Assembly (NCBI RefSeq): GCF_006345805.1
Contig: NC_043003.1
Span: 496,001 to 560,000 of the forward strand
DNA from: Octopus sinensis
Taxonomy: Eukaryota
Length of the DNA stretch: 64,000 bases
Reading direction: 5' to 3'
A program made the translations under genes and the position numbers. Within the stretch, counting starts at the first letter, position 1. The number at the start of each line of letters is the position of its first letter. Under the pieces are notes generated by a model, which did no database searches, was not told the DNA's origin, and saw only the letters and a program-made list of their open reading frames with translations. Below, piece by piece: positions 13,081 through 25,625 of the stretch.

Positions 13081-13461
13081 GTGTGTGTGTGCGTGTGTGT
13101 GTGTATGTGTGTGTGTGTATTTTGTGTATACATATCTGTATCCATCCATCCATCCATCAATCAATCAATCATAAAACAGGCTATGTGCTTATGGCCACCA
13201 TGTCTGAGGAGTTGTCAATTTTTACCAAGTGCAATAATTGGTTTGAAATTGTTGGTAACGTTGCAACCAGTTCTATGCCTTAACTGCTCCGTGTCTTTTT
13301 TAGAGTGTGTTTTTGTCCTTGTCTTTTGGGCAATTAATTGATAATATATAATTGATAATATATATAATATATAAGGCAATGAACACAAAAAGAAGACAAC
13401 ATAGAAGGACAAGTTTTAACAAATATTAATAATTTAATACTTAAAAAAGAAGGGAAAGCAA

Positions 13462-13496
13462 CTTGACATTTTGGACATTAGTCCTTCATCAGAAAA
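13462..13496 (-). ncRNA. CpG-decayed minimal HHR (Penelope pLTR type)
   Basis: Reverse complement TTTT-CTGATGA-A-GGAC(TAAT)GTCC-AAA-ATGT-C-AAG. Two CpG transitions from the canonical ..GTCC-GAA-ACGT-C. Confidence 0.6.
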
Positions 13497-15099
13497 AATT
13501 AAAAGAATTTGAAAAGGTACACACACACATGCACACACACATGATACTGTAATACAATTGTGAGGTGTCTGGTTTAGATATTTGTTTGTTAGTGGACAAT
13601 TAGAATGTTTCATATTTCAAAAGATTAAGAATTCCATTATCAATTCTTGTGCATGTTTTTCAATCATTGCATCCTTTTTTTTTTTATTTGTTTCTTGCCT
13701 AATTTTTTAATATTGAGCAATATTTCTTGAAACATTCTGCAATAATCCACATTCTGCTCATTCTCACTTGCTTCTACCTAGTCTCTTGCTCACACTGTCT
13801 CTTTCACTCACTCACTCACTCACTCACTCTCACCCACACATTATCACTCACTCACTCACTCACTCACTCACTCACTCTCACCCACACATTATCACTCACT
13901 CACTCACGCACTCTCACCCTCTCCTCCATTTATTCGATTGGTCACTTCTTACAGCTCTTTCTTTCACTTATACTCACCATCTTCTTGAGGCTATTTTAGT
14001 AACTGGCATTCATTTCGGGGAATCATAGCTTTGTATTTTGAGTAGGATGACTGTGTAGGGTTGGTGCAGCTATTCAATCAATCCAGTAGTTTGGGTATCA
14101 CATAAATGAATGAGTGGCGGGGGTGGGGGGTATTGTGGTGTAAAGTCTTTGAGAGGAAGGCCCCAAAATGGTGCACACTCTCTACTGATGATTCCTGAAA
14201 CCTACAAGTTAGTTGATACAGTAAATGGGGCATCACATTAGTGAGGGTGGTGGTGTGTTGCAAAGCCATTGAGAGGAAGACCCCAAAATGGTGTGCATTC
14301 TCTCCTGATGATCCCTGAAATCTCCTTGTATTTGGTATGTTTAGCTTTTGATTGGCAGCATTTGCACAAGCATGTGATTTGCAAGTTACCATAAATCAAA
14401 GAAAATGTCAATTGAACCTAATTTGTCTTCATGAAATTAGGAAAGGTTCACATATTACAAATTCTGGTATATTTAGACTGAAAATGATTAGGAGTGGCAA
14501 TAATATCTCTGTTTAAATTTACTTTTAAGGCAAGTTTTCAGTTTTAGGTAGAACCTAGCTAACTACAGATTCGGTAGTCTTACAATCCTTCACATTTTGG
14601 GTGTGTGTGTGTCTTAAGAATTGGAAAGAAAGAACTGTTGAATTGTATTAGATTCCTTCCATATTAAACTGACAGACATTCAAACTGCACTATTCCTCAT
14701 CTGCAATTTTCTGCCTGTCATATCAGAACAGCCTTACCAATTCTATATTACCACAATTTAAACACACTTATTGTACCTACCCTCTCCATTTTTCTTTACT
14801 CTTACCATGTTTCATTTCTTATTCCAAGACCATGTTCTTTTCCAAATTCTTCTTTTCTGAAAATGAATCCTTCTAGATCACACTGTCAGTGTTTGATTTC
14901 TTTCCAACTATAAATAACAAAATATCCCTTTCCTAAAATTGGCAATGAACATCACTTCTCTCATTCTAACTAATTCAAAACAAAATTCCTTCTACTTGCA
15001 AACGATTCTAGCCAAGCATTAAATTCTACTAATATAAATTTTATTGATTTCTTTGGAATTATTATTAGAACTAAAAATTAACCTGACGACTCTTGCACT

Positions 15100-15360
15100 G
15101 ATTGCATGTTTTGGTACCACAAATATATTGGCAATGCATTACTGAAAAATGTTTCACTTAATCTCCAAGCATTTTGTTTCAACTTGATAATGAAGCACGT
15201 CAATTTTAATTATGACTTCCAGTTGCCTCAGAAATATCTCTGACTACTTGTTTCTTGGCAGCAAGAATTTATTGCAATTTCTGTTTATATCATTCCAAAG
15301 CAGCATTGAATCCTGTCATATTTGGTTATCAGCTGAAAGACATTATCATGGTTTGAATAA
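15100..15360 (-). pseudogene. Possible decayed pogo/Tigger DDE transposase fragment
   Basis: Broken frames give ..MTGFNAALE*YKQKL.. and KQNAWRLSETFFSNAL, resembling D.G.I..FK..Y..AW..VS..TI.N. Heavily degraded. Confidence 0.3.
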
Positions 15361-17150
15361 CCAGAACATTTACATTATTGGGTGACAATAAAAAAAGACA
15401 ACTTTTTAAAAAATCACTTTTTTAAACATCTTTAAAAAATAATTTTTTAAAGAATTCTTTTTAAAAAAACCCCATTAAACTAATAAGTTGTTTGCGAGTA
15501 TCATTCAAATCACATGAATTCTATTGAAATCTGGTTCTCTCAAATTCAAAACTCATAAATATTATGATTCATGCTTTAAAAAAGTGTTAATTAAGAAAGA
15601 ATGCTATCAAAAAATATATATCATTAAAACTAACTAAAATTGACATTAAAACTAGTTAAAATTATATTTAATTTAGGTCTTATTGATACATAGATCTATC
15701 TGCATATTTAAAATAACAGTAAAACAAGCAAATATATCTTAAATTGTTTCCAAAGATTTTTATTCCCAGATAATTTTTCAATTTCACAAAATAATTTCTC
15801 AGAATTTTACTTCTTGTCAAAAACTCAGATTCCTCTTTCCAACTTTCAAGAAATGTTACATTTTTTCCAGATTAAGGTGTTTTCATTTGGTATACTATGT
15901 CTTTATCATAAATAGTCTTAAACAGAATCAAATGCCATTTTGATATTATTAAAGCAAAGTAGACGTTCCTAGGTCTAACATCCACAAATGCTAAACCAGA
16001 CCTGGGTTCAGTTCAATAGCAAGTCAGGAATTGGTATCAATTTAGCTTCTTTTACACGGGTTCTTAGGTTTTCATTAGGGTCTTTACTTTCTGAGTTAAA
16101 ATTCTTCTAGAGTCAACTTTACCTGTCATCCCTGTGGTAACAATAAAATAAGTACCAGTCAACAACTGGGGTTGTTGGTATCTACTAAGACCCTCTCTAC
16201 CCAAAGTAGAAGCCTAGCATTGTTTCTTCCAGCTCATTAGATTCTGAGTTCAAATTCAGTCAAGGTCGACTTTGTCTCTTATCCTTCTGGAATCGATAGA
16301 ATAAGTACCAGTTGTGCACTGGGGCCAATGTAATCAACTAACCCCTTCTCCTAATTTTTTTAATGTCTAAGGATAATGGTTTCAAATTTTGGTACAAGGC
16401 CAGCAATTTTGGTGGTGGGGCTAACTCAATTTAATCAACCCCAGTGCTCAACTGATACTTATTTTATCGACTCCAAAAAGATGAAAGGCAAAAGTTGACC
16501 TTGGCAGAATCTGAACTTGGAATGTAAAGATGGACAAAATGCCACAAAGCATTTTGCCTGGCATGCTAACGACTCTGCCAGCTTGCCACCTTAAATAATA
16601 GTAATAATAATCCTGTCTACTAAAGGCACAAGGCCTCAAATTTGTTGGGTGGAGACTAGTTGATTACACTGACCCCAGTGTTCAACTGGTACTTATTTTA
16701 TCAACCCTGAAAGGATGAAAGGCAAAGCAAACCTCAGCAGGTTTAGATCTTGGAACATAAAGAGCCTGGAAAAATGCTGCTAAGCATTTTGACCAACACA
16801 GCCAAGGTTTGGTCAGCTCATTGCCTTAACCTGGTAATGATAATAAAAATGATAATTATGGTAATAATAATAATAATAATAATGATTTCGTTTATTTGCC
16901 ATGAGGGTGAAGGATGAGGGGGACAATACAGACATAAATTGTGGGGGTTTACATATAATGTAAGGATAAAAAAAGTATACATGGTATACACTGGGAAAGA
17001 GGGGACATATGCATTGTATAGAGAGGTACAAAAGAAAAAACGTGGGGGAGGATGATAGAGATGTGGCCCTCCTGATACAGGAAGTTCTTTAGGGATAATT
17101 GAGGAATCCCACTGTCGGAGATTTCCCTGAAAGCCTAGGAGCAGTCAAGG

Positions 17151-17197
<47 letters not shown>

Positions 17198-17211
17198 GGT
17201 CATGAATAGTC

Positions 17212-17540
17212 AAGAAAGAAGGTGAAAAGATAGACAGATACAACCCTCTTCAGTATGAAAAAGCCTGGCTATGGAAAATGGAGAAGGTGAAGATAGTGCC
17301 AGTTATTGCTGGGTCCTTGGGAACAGTATCAAACGGCACCAAGAGGAATATAAAGGAAATTGGAATAGAGTGCCCATAGGAACTGTTACAAAGGGTTTGC
17401 CTCCTTGGCACAGCCAGAATAATCAGGAAAGTATTAGGTAGGTGAAAAGAACAGATAGCATGGTGCCATAAGCTGCCGGTGGTAAGCCCGCTATGCATGC
17501 AAGACTCCAAGAGCTTCAACAAAACCTGTGATAAAGAGAA

Positions 17541-17572
<32 letters not shown>
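17212..17572 (+). pseudogene. 5'-truncated RLE-type non-LTR retrotransposon 3' end (R4/Dong/NeSL/HERO-like)
   Basis: Reads KKEGEKIDRYNPLQYEKAWLWKMEKVKIVPVIAGSLGTVSNGTKRNIKEIGIECP*ELLQRVCLLGTARIIRKVLGR* (17212-17445), the typical restriction-like endonuclease C-terminus. 3' UTR and (AAT)n tail follow; (AAT)n also lies upstream. Confidence 0.8.
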
Positions 17573-17574
<2 letters not shown>

Positions 17575-18635
17575 TCAACATATAAAATTAGTTCTTCATT
17601 GTAAAGCTTATTGCATAACAAATAATGTTTCACCTACTTTTCTGCTAAAGTCATTCCTCCGTCAAACCTTTACTAATATAAACCATAACTACTCCAGAAA
17701 GCTTCTTAAAAGGAAAAATTGCTTCCATTAGAGTCATGTAAATGAACAACAAACCTGCGCAATCAGAAAAATGAATGGTACTAGGCTCAGAATGTCAACA
17801 GCATTTGATCTTCCGCTTGATGATGATGATGATGATAATAATAATAATAATAATGATAATAATAATAATAATGATAATAATGATAATAATAATAATGATA
17901 ATAATGATGATAATGATAATTATAAAATTTTGATGATAATGATAAAATAATATAAATGATAATAATAATATAATAATAATAATAATAATTTTATTAAAAC
18001 AAGATTAATGGTTGAGTTATTGATAACGCGAAGATTTATTAATGATGTTGATAAACATTTGATGATTACTTAAACAGTAAATATAATTAATAATTTCAAT
18101 TAATAAACATTAATTCAGTTTATTACTTAAATATTGTCAATTAATTAATAAAAAAAAAATTCTAGTCAGTTACATAACATCTAAATTTGTAAATATATGT
18201 ACATGGCTATGCATGTATGTATATCTTTATGTATGCATAATACATTTATATAGTAGATATAAATAGAAGTATTACTTGATATAAACATATTGAACAATAT
18301 CAGTTTGAGAGAATGTAATTGCTTTTTGCATGCTTCCTCTGTCAGCAGATTTTGTTATTTAAAATCCTGTTGATAGAAGAAGCACCATTGCAATTTATTC
18401 TTTTGGCCTACATTGTTTTACAAAAGCAGAACAATCAATATTACATTATCAATTACATAAAATTTTCATTTACCATTTGCATATGCATATATATATATAT
18501 ATATATGTAAAATATGTTGTTTTTTGTGATGCATATTCAACTGATATCATATTTTGCTTTTAGAATTGCTGTTGAAGAATTTTGGTGCTTTGTTTGTCTA
18601 TTTACTTTATTTCCTTCTCTTTTTACCTTATCAAG

Positions 18636-18726
18636 GGCAGCTTCAGAAACAGTTGAAGAAGACACAACATCTCGCCGCTCAAGGAGACGCCAAGTGGAAG
18701 AGGAATCTGCTCCAGAACCTCAAGAG
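18636..18726 (+). CDS. Coding exon C (91 nt, phase 2-0): (R)AASETVEEDTTSRRSRRRQVEEESAPEPQE
   Basis: Pyrimidine tract, TCAAG acceptor (AG 18634-18635) and GAG|GTAAAG donor at 18727. The first G completes the AG|G Arg codon begun in exon B. Confidence 0.88.
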
Positions 18727-18752
18727 GTAAAGCCAGTGTTTTTTGTTTGCTT

Positions 18753-18980
18753 CTGAATATCTGGTAAATTTAGCTCAGCTTGTGCTGTCATTGAACATCT
18801 GGTAAATTCGGTTCATCTTGAGCCTTCACTGAACATCTGGTAAATTCGGTTCATCTTGAGCCTTCACTGAACATCTGGTAAATTCGGTTCATCTTGAGCC
18901 TTCACTGAACATCTGGTAAATTTGGCTTGATTTGAGCTGTTGTTGAACATCTGGTAAACTTGGTTCATCTCGAGCCTGCA
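18753..18980. repeat. Minisatellite, 6 x 38 bp (CTGAACATCTGGTAAATTCGGTTCATCTTGAGCCTTCA)
   Basis: Units start at 18753, 18791, 18829, 18867, 18905 and 18943. Confidence 0.95.
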
Positions 18981-19574
18981 TTTCCTGCATGAAAACTGAA
19001 ACATAATTTGATCTTATTTTAAAGTTATAATTTATTGAGAAATAACTTAGGAGTGGGTTTCCTTTTTTTTTCTTGACTGATTTATTAATTCGTTCTGCAT
19101 CAATGATCTTCTCAAGAACAATATGTTTCTTTTTATTGTTCTGAAAATTTCCATTTTTTATTTGAGGCTTTACTTTTTGTACAAACACATTTGGTCACTA
19201 GTTATACTTTGATCTAATAAACTATTTCTTTGTGCAGAACAAACATTCCTTTTAGACTTTAAAGTCAAAGTATTCTTTAGGTACCCTGATATTAGTATCA
19301 CATTAGAAAATATTTGAGAAGCAAAAGATATCTGAATCTATCTGCCATTATAAATTTCTCATGTCAACTTGATGTAAAGTTGTACCCTAAGAAAGAACAA
19401 ATCTCTGATAATAAATTTGATTATTAGAGAATTTGTCATGCATACACCATTAGACATATCTATTACTTAGTTCATGTATAGTAAAAAGTAAGATCCACAG
19501 AAACCCTATTGAAGTATTTAATTTTCCCAATTCTTTATGGAAAACCAATTTATTACACCTTTAAACTGTTCCAA

Positions 19575-19830
19575 ATCCAAGGCTTATGTAGAGAACATTC
19601 TTAAGTATGCAACCAAAGCCTGGGTCATCAAGAAAAATACTTCAAAAGCTCTTTGATGATATGTACACCAGGTGCTTCTCAGGAATACTCACAGAGCAAC
19701 CAGGAAACCAATTCTGTGAGTCTGTATAATTCAGGAAGCACTTTATTTCATAAATCTAGTTACAGTCTATACTTGATAGAAACTATGATATACAGAACTT
19801 TTCTGGCTACATTTTAGTGACTATGTATGT
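19575..19830 (+). pseudogene. RTE-clade LINE remnant
   Basis: KAYVENILKYATKAWVIKKNTSKAL/DDMYTRCFSGIL resembles the RTE ESVLLYG.E.W..LDG.YTR.LR motif, with a frameshift. Confidence 0.55.
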
Positions 19831-21631
19831 ACAATGTTAATGGAAAGGAGACTCCTTGGAAATTTTCTTTGAAATTCTTTGAAATTCCATGATTTTTCTC
19901 TAGATTTTCAATCAATACTTGAGATATCTTTGTATTGAAAATGTAGTCAAAAGCAACCATGTTAATTTAATATTACCTTTTTTGCATGAAATTCCTTGAC
20001 AAGTTTTTTTTTTAAAGTTTCATTTTACTAAAATGGTCAATATTACTTCAAAGTATCCATCTATGTGTCACACTTGATGTATACATATTGTTGACAGGCC
20101 AGTTACTGTGCTATTTGTCCTGGGGTAACAACCCTTGTGGACATACTGTGTTAAAAAAAACACAAAATATCAGGGGGAGATGAAAATTTGTCTCCTCAGT
20201 GGTCAGTGAGAGCACCAGATGCATTTTGGCATTTTGAATCTATTTCTGGCCTATCACCAGTGTATATACCTTAAGTATAATACATAAATGGCTATTTTAA
20301 ACAAATATTGCCTCACTTGTGTAGAGCAGACTTATAAGTTTAATACAGAATTTTAAAAGCTAGTTGTTTCATTACTACTGCAACTATTATTAGTATTACT
20401 AAATGTAGGAAACAAGTTATCATTACTCCAGTCACTTAGTATCACTGGTATTGCCACTAATCTGACGTGAGGGACCAGTACTACTGTCCTGACATTTGGT
20501 TCCAGCTTTACAACAGCCGCTTTTACTGCTATTTGTGGAACATGTACTTCTGCTTTAAGGACATGTGGTACTAGCATGGAAGATGTGGTACTAGTGCTAC
20601 TGCTGTTAGGACATGTGGTACTAGGGTTACTGGTGCTACTACTTGTAGAACATGTGGTATTAGTACTGGTAGTTACATGAGAACACAAATTATGCAGGCA
20701 AGTGTCACAGAGTAAAGAGTAGGGTGATGACCGACTGCTAGAGAACTGTGTCAGTGACCAGGTTGCAGCTTGTATGAGGAAAATTTCGTCACCAAATAAT
20801 AAATGTTTAAGTGAAACTAATAGTTTTGTTGTGTGTTTCTGAATGGGCTAATATGTGCCTTTGACACTGTAAAGTATTTTTTATCTGACAAAGATATATC
20901 CAACTGGACTGAATCTTGGAAAATAGGTATTAAATAGTAACACTGAAATAGATAGAAAGCAAAAGTTTCATTTTGATAATTTTCTTAAGCAGACTGCTGA
21001 AGTAGACCCACAGTAGAGAGGGCATGTCATTTATGAGGTGGCAAATGGAGAGAAAAAGAGTTTAACAAACCTAATTATTTGATTGACTGAATGAGGAATC
21101 AAATTAATTAAGCAGTCGATTACTTAATTGGCTAAATAGTTAAACAAGTGACAATTGATAAATAAAGTGCAATAGAACCAGAGCATGTGTTTATTATTCA
21201 CATGTGACCCTCCCAACATACAGCAAAATATGCTTCAATACCTGTGTTCACATCAAGAATCTTGCACTTGCAGACCAAATACAAAAACAAAATTTTCTTA
21301 GATATTTTCTGGAATTAATTTAGATATTTAAGGTAAAACCCTTTGCTGTTAATAACAACTTATTAAAATATTAAATCTTATTCAATAATATATTTGACAA
21401 AACAATGTTTTTCAAAACTGCCAGCATTCAATACTAATAATCTAGACAGATGAGATTCACCTCCATCTTGATTTCTAACAAATGAATTTTACAACAATTC
21501 TTCTTTCTTGTGTTGTTTGGTTATTTTACAAAAAGATATTTCATTAATTATTCATAAACAAATGATCAAATACTATAATATTGTATGTTGTGAACAAAAT
21601 CTGCACAATTGCATTTGTGTGCTGTTTTCAG

Positions 21632-21676
21632 GATAGCAGACGTTCCCGCAGAAGACGCGGTGGTGATGATAGGGAG
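21632..21676 (+). CDS. Coding microexon D (45 nt, phase 0-0): DSRRSRRRRGGDDRE
   Basis: TTTTCAG acceptor (AG 21630-21631) and GAG|GTAAAT donor at 21677. CpG-rich Arg codons in an AT-rich intron; shares SRRSRRR with exon C. Confidence 0.85.
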
Positions 21677-24231
21677 GTAAATAGTGTGGTTTGACTTAAT
21701 CCTTGTAATGTATGTGCTAATAATAATTCATTGCTGTCTCATTTATCCATGCTGCATGTGATGTAATATTGCTCTTTCATTGTAGTTCAACCAAATGTCA
21801 ATTGGACTGCTCACTTTGGCTATAATACATAGGTAACAAGAGGTCAATTAAGAGTTGGGCTTTACCAGTTTAGGAAGTATATTTAGATGTGTGCATGCAA
21901 GAAGGTTGGAAACGTATAAATGCATGTTTTGCATAAAGGTAATGATAAAAATCAAAAAGTAATGCTTTTGGTTAACAAACATAATTTATTTCTTGCTCAC
22001 ACATGAAGTAGCTGGCACAACAGAGATAAGCGTACAAGACAACCGGGTGTAGAAGACATGAGTTAATTCCTTAATACACATCAGGGTAGTTAGCTCTGGT
22101 ACTTGGCTGCAAATCTAAAATATCCAATAAGTTTTGGAGTGGTAGTGAGGTGAGGTATAAATCCCACAGCGTGTCGAGATAGATGAACCACAAGCTTGTT
22201 GATAGATTGTCTACATCTGAATGGGATAAAGCAAAACAGTGACGAAAGGGAACCAGATGTTAATGTTCTAACATTTAGACAGTGACTGGATAAAACGCCT
22301 TTGAAAAGTGCGCTCTATTACTCTGGGCAGAAGTCATCATGTGTATTCCTCCGCTGCTAACATTTAAATGCAGCACCAGTGTGCTGCTACGCTGGAGTGA
22401 AGTAATTCGACAGCCCTGCTAATGCTACACTTATATGTTGTTATTTTTTAATACAGAATTTTTACATTATTTGAATACCTGCCAACTAACAAATCATGGA
22501 GGGAATATGTGAGCAATATGTACTTAAAAATACATGCTGCTTAAAGCAGAACCCCAAAATCCACGTGCAAAACAAAGCAGTATGCAAATTAGAAGAACTA
22601 TTATTTGTAGAAATTAACAAAATACAAATATATTTCCTAAACAAGGCAAAGCCACCAAACTCAGTTGGACACCTAGTCAGAACAGAACTAAATTAGAGCA
22701 ATATAACTTATAATTTACATATTGTCCACATAATAATACATAAAGTCCAATACAGTTGATCCTATCAACTGGTTTTGCACAGGATATTAGGTAATATTAG
22801 GTAATCAGTTATCTAATAACTGCACTCATCAGAGTTGGCCTGCAGCAGTTACTATGATTGGCCTTAATGCATCTATAATGCTGTATACATTTCATTAATA
22901 TATATATATATATATATACATTATATATATATATACATTATATATATATATATATATAATAGAGAATAAAACTTTAAAAACAAATTTTATCAGTGGCCAG
23001 CATATAAAATGAAACCAATTATGGTGAAAATTATATGTATAATTATAATAAGGGGTTAGAAAAATTTTCTAGCCTATATGCTGAGAAATAGATGCTAAAT
23101 TGTCTCACCACTCTTTGAGTGGTGAAACGATTTAATGATTTAGTGTCTATAATTATATATATATAGGTTCAGCAAAAATTTAGATTCAAATGAATATGGT
23201 ACTTCAGTTAGATGCACCTGAATTCTGTCTGGTGTCATCCATAAAAATCCGTGGGGTGATTATAATCAAAATAAGCAACAAGAATGACTCCGGTAATTTG
23301 GTACGATCGTTTCATACTACATCATTTTATTAAATGTTGTAAGTATTACAACAGTGGATATATATATATATACATATATTATTTGTTTCAGTCATTGGAC
23401 ATCAACCATGCTAAGTTCAACCATTAAAGGGTTGTAGTTGAAAGACTCTCTCCCATTACTTATTTTGTTAAAGTCTGGTATTTTTTCTGTTGATCTCTTT
23501 TGCCGAACCACTAAGTTATGGTGATATAAGTATACCAACACAAGTTGTCAAGTGGTGGTGGGGAACAAACATAATGGCACACACACACACACACACATGA
23601 GCACACACACACACACGCTACTCACAAGGAGCTTATAGTAGAAGATGTTTGCCCAAGATGCCACACAATGAGACTGAACCCAGAACCATGTGGTTGGGAA
23701 GCAAACATCTTACTGCATAGCCATATCATAATATTATAATATCGTGGGGAAGTTTCTTTCTCCCAAATTCAAAATTAAGAGTTGTTGTTTTTATTTCACT
23801 GTATCCAACACTAAAAACACCTGATTCCAACGACATTTTGCTAAACCATCAAACCTAACAGAAGCCATGAATGGAAAATTATGAAAATGCTTTAAATAAA
23901 AAAAAGAAAGAATTTAAAACAAAAAGATAAACTGTTTATAGCAAAATAAATGTAGAGTCCAATTGATTACTGGTTGAAAATTGACAGAACTTACATTCAT
24001 CTTTATGCCTATCCACTGAACTTTGCCACCTTTACACATCTGACTCTGTCTGTCTGTCTGTCTGCCTGTCTGTATGTGTTGCCTGGATGTATGTGCTGCT
24101 GTCTGTATGCTTGTCTATCATTCACCTATCTGCTTGTCTATCGCTCCTCCGCCTTTCCGTCTTTCTATCTGTTTATTAATCTTAGCAAGATTAGGTAGTG
24201 TCTGTAAATGATGTGTGATATTTATATATAC

Positions 24232-24281
<50 letters not shown>

Positions 24282-24420
24282 ATATATATATATATACATA
24301 CATATGTATATATATATATATTATATTTATAATAAGTGTAGATCGTATACGAGTGGGTATATATTTATAAAAAAGAAGTTTGAAAATGCCACTATATAAG
24401 ATGAATTTCAATTTTCTTAG

Positions 24421-24472
24421 AAATTTTACATGTTTCGGTTCTTCTTGAAAAAACGAACCTTATCAAAAATAT
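24421..24472 (-). ncRNA. HHR-like motif with U3-A8 core variant (left arm of the 24.4-24.8 kb fold-back)
   Basis: Reverse complement reads ATATTT-TTGATAA-GGTTC..GAACC-GAA-ACATGT-A-AAATTT. 5-bp helix II, palindromic helix III, GUA triplet. Confidence 0.7.
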
Positions 24473-24700
24473 TTTAAAAAGTTAAGTGTAATAAAAAAGT
24501 TCATAATTGTTTCTTACTGGTCTCAACAGAATCCACGTGGTGGTGTTTTGTGGGGAGTAAGCATAATAGGTCACTGCTGCTACTGCCATTTCAGCCACTG
24601 ACCATTCGAACACATAAAACAGCTAAAAACAACCACGTGGATTGTGTTGAGACCAGTAAGAAACAATTATGAACTTTTTTATTGCACTTAACTTTTTAAA

Positions 24701-24752
24701 ATATTTTTGATAAGGTTCATTTTTTCAAGAATAACCGAAACATGTAAAATTT
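24701..24752 (+). ncRNA. HHR-like motif with U3-A8 core variant (right arm)
   Basis: ATATTT-TTGATAA(24707-13)-GGTT..AACC-GAA(24737-39)-ACATGT-A(24746)-AAATTT. Confidence 0.65.
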
Positions 24753-24803
24753 CTAAGAAACTTAAAATTTATCTTATATAGTGGCGTTTTCAAACTTCTT
24801 TTT

Positions 24804-24849
<46 letters not shown>

Positions 24850-25492
24850 GTAGGGAGAGCATATTTCCTTTATGCAATGATAATATACTGCCAAGCATAG
24901 TAAAGGCTTATAAGTCAATCACTTCTTAATGTTATCTCTGCAGATTTTCTATTACAGTTAAAGCCAGCACTGAAAGTTATGACATTTGGTGTTGCAATAT
25001 GTCTATGTAAACAATGTGATCAAAGATAGGAAAATAGGTGTATATGCACATTTCAGGAGTTATTGCTGGGTGTATATGCACATTTCAGGAGTTATTGCTG
25101 TTTCTTCAGGCCACTGCTTAAATAACTACTAAATTTAGTGGTGTGTATATTTATGAAGAGAGAATGATAGAAATGATAAATAATTATTAGTTTGGTTTAA
25201 GGAAATGCAGATTCGTTTATGCTGTAAAACACTGACTGGGCTTGGAGTTACTGGTGCAGCAAAGCACCATAAATTCCATGCCACTAGGATAGCTTTGGAT
25301 AAAGAGAACAGGCTGGTAGTTTTGCACCTATTGGGATGCAAGTTAAGACTTGATTAACTCCACCCAGCTGAACCGACTGAGTGAAGTGGTCAGGTGTTAA
25401 AAGACCCCAAATCTTCTAAGACTCTAGAACCATCTTTGAAGATGTATTCCAAAGTATCAATGAGGTGTGATTAGAACTATCTGTGTGTGTAA

Positions 25493-25528
<36 letters not shown>

Positions 25529-25572
25529 ATATATATATATATATAAATACCTATATACATACATGTATGCAC

Positions 25573-25625
<53 letters not shown>

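Larger units (their letters stand above)
24358..24815. mobile_element. Fold-back element (about 185-bp inverted arms) between (TA)n tracts; each arm carries an HHR-like motif
   Basis: Arms about 24358-24545 and 24630-24815 are reverse complements with scattered mismatches. Confidence 0.85.

Noticed and set aside
14140-14325. Two CTGATGA..GAAA motifs in a 120-bp direct repeat (14185, 14305)
   Set aside because: Only 5 nt lie between core and GAAA, so there is no helix II, and there is no palindromic helix III. The direct repeat itself is real.
20353-20688. 111-aa Ser/Thr-rich ORF on the minus strand
   Set aside because: Arises from degenerate ACATGTGGTACTAG repeats; no splice support.
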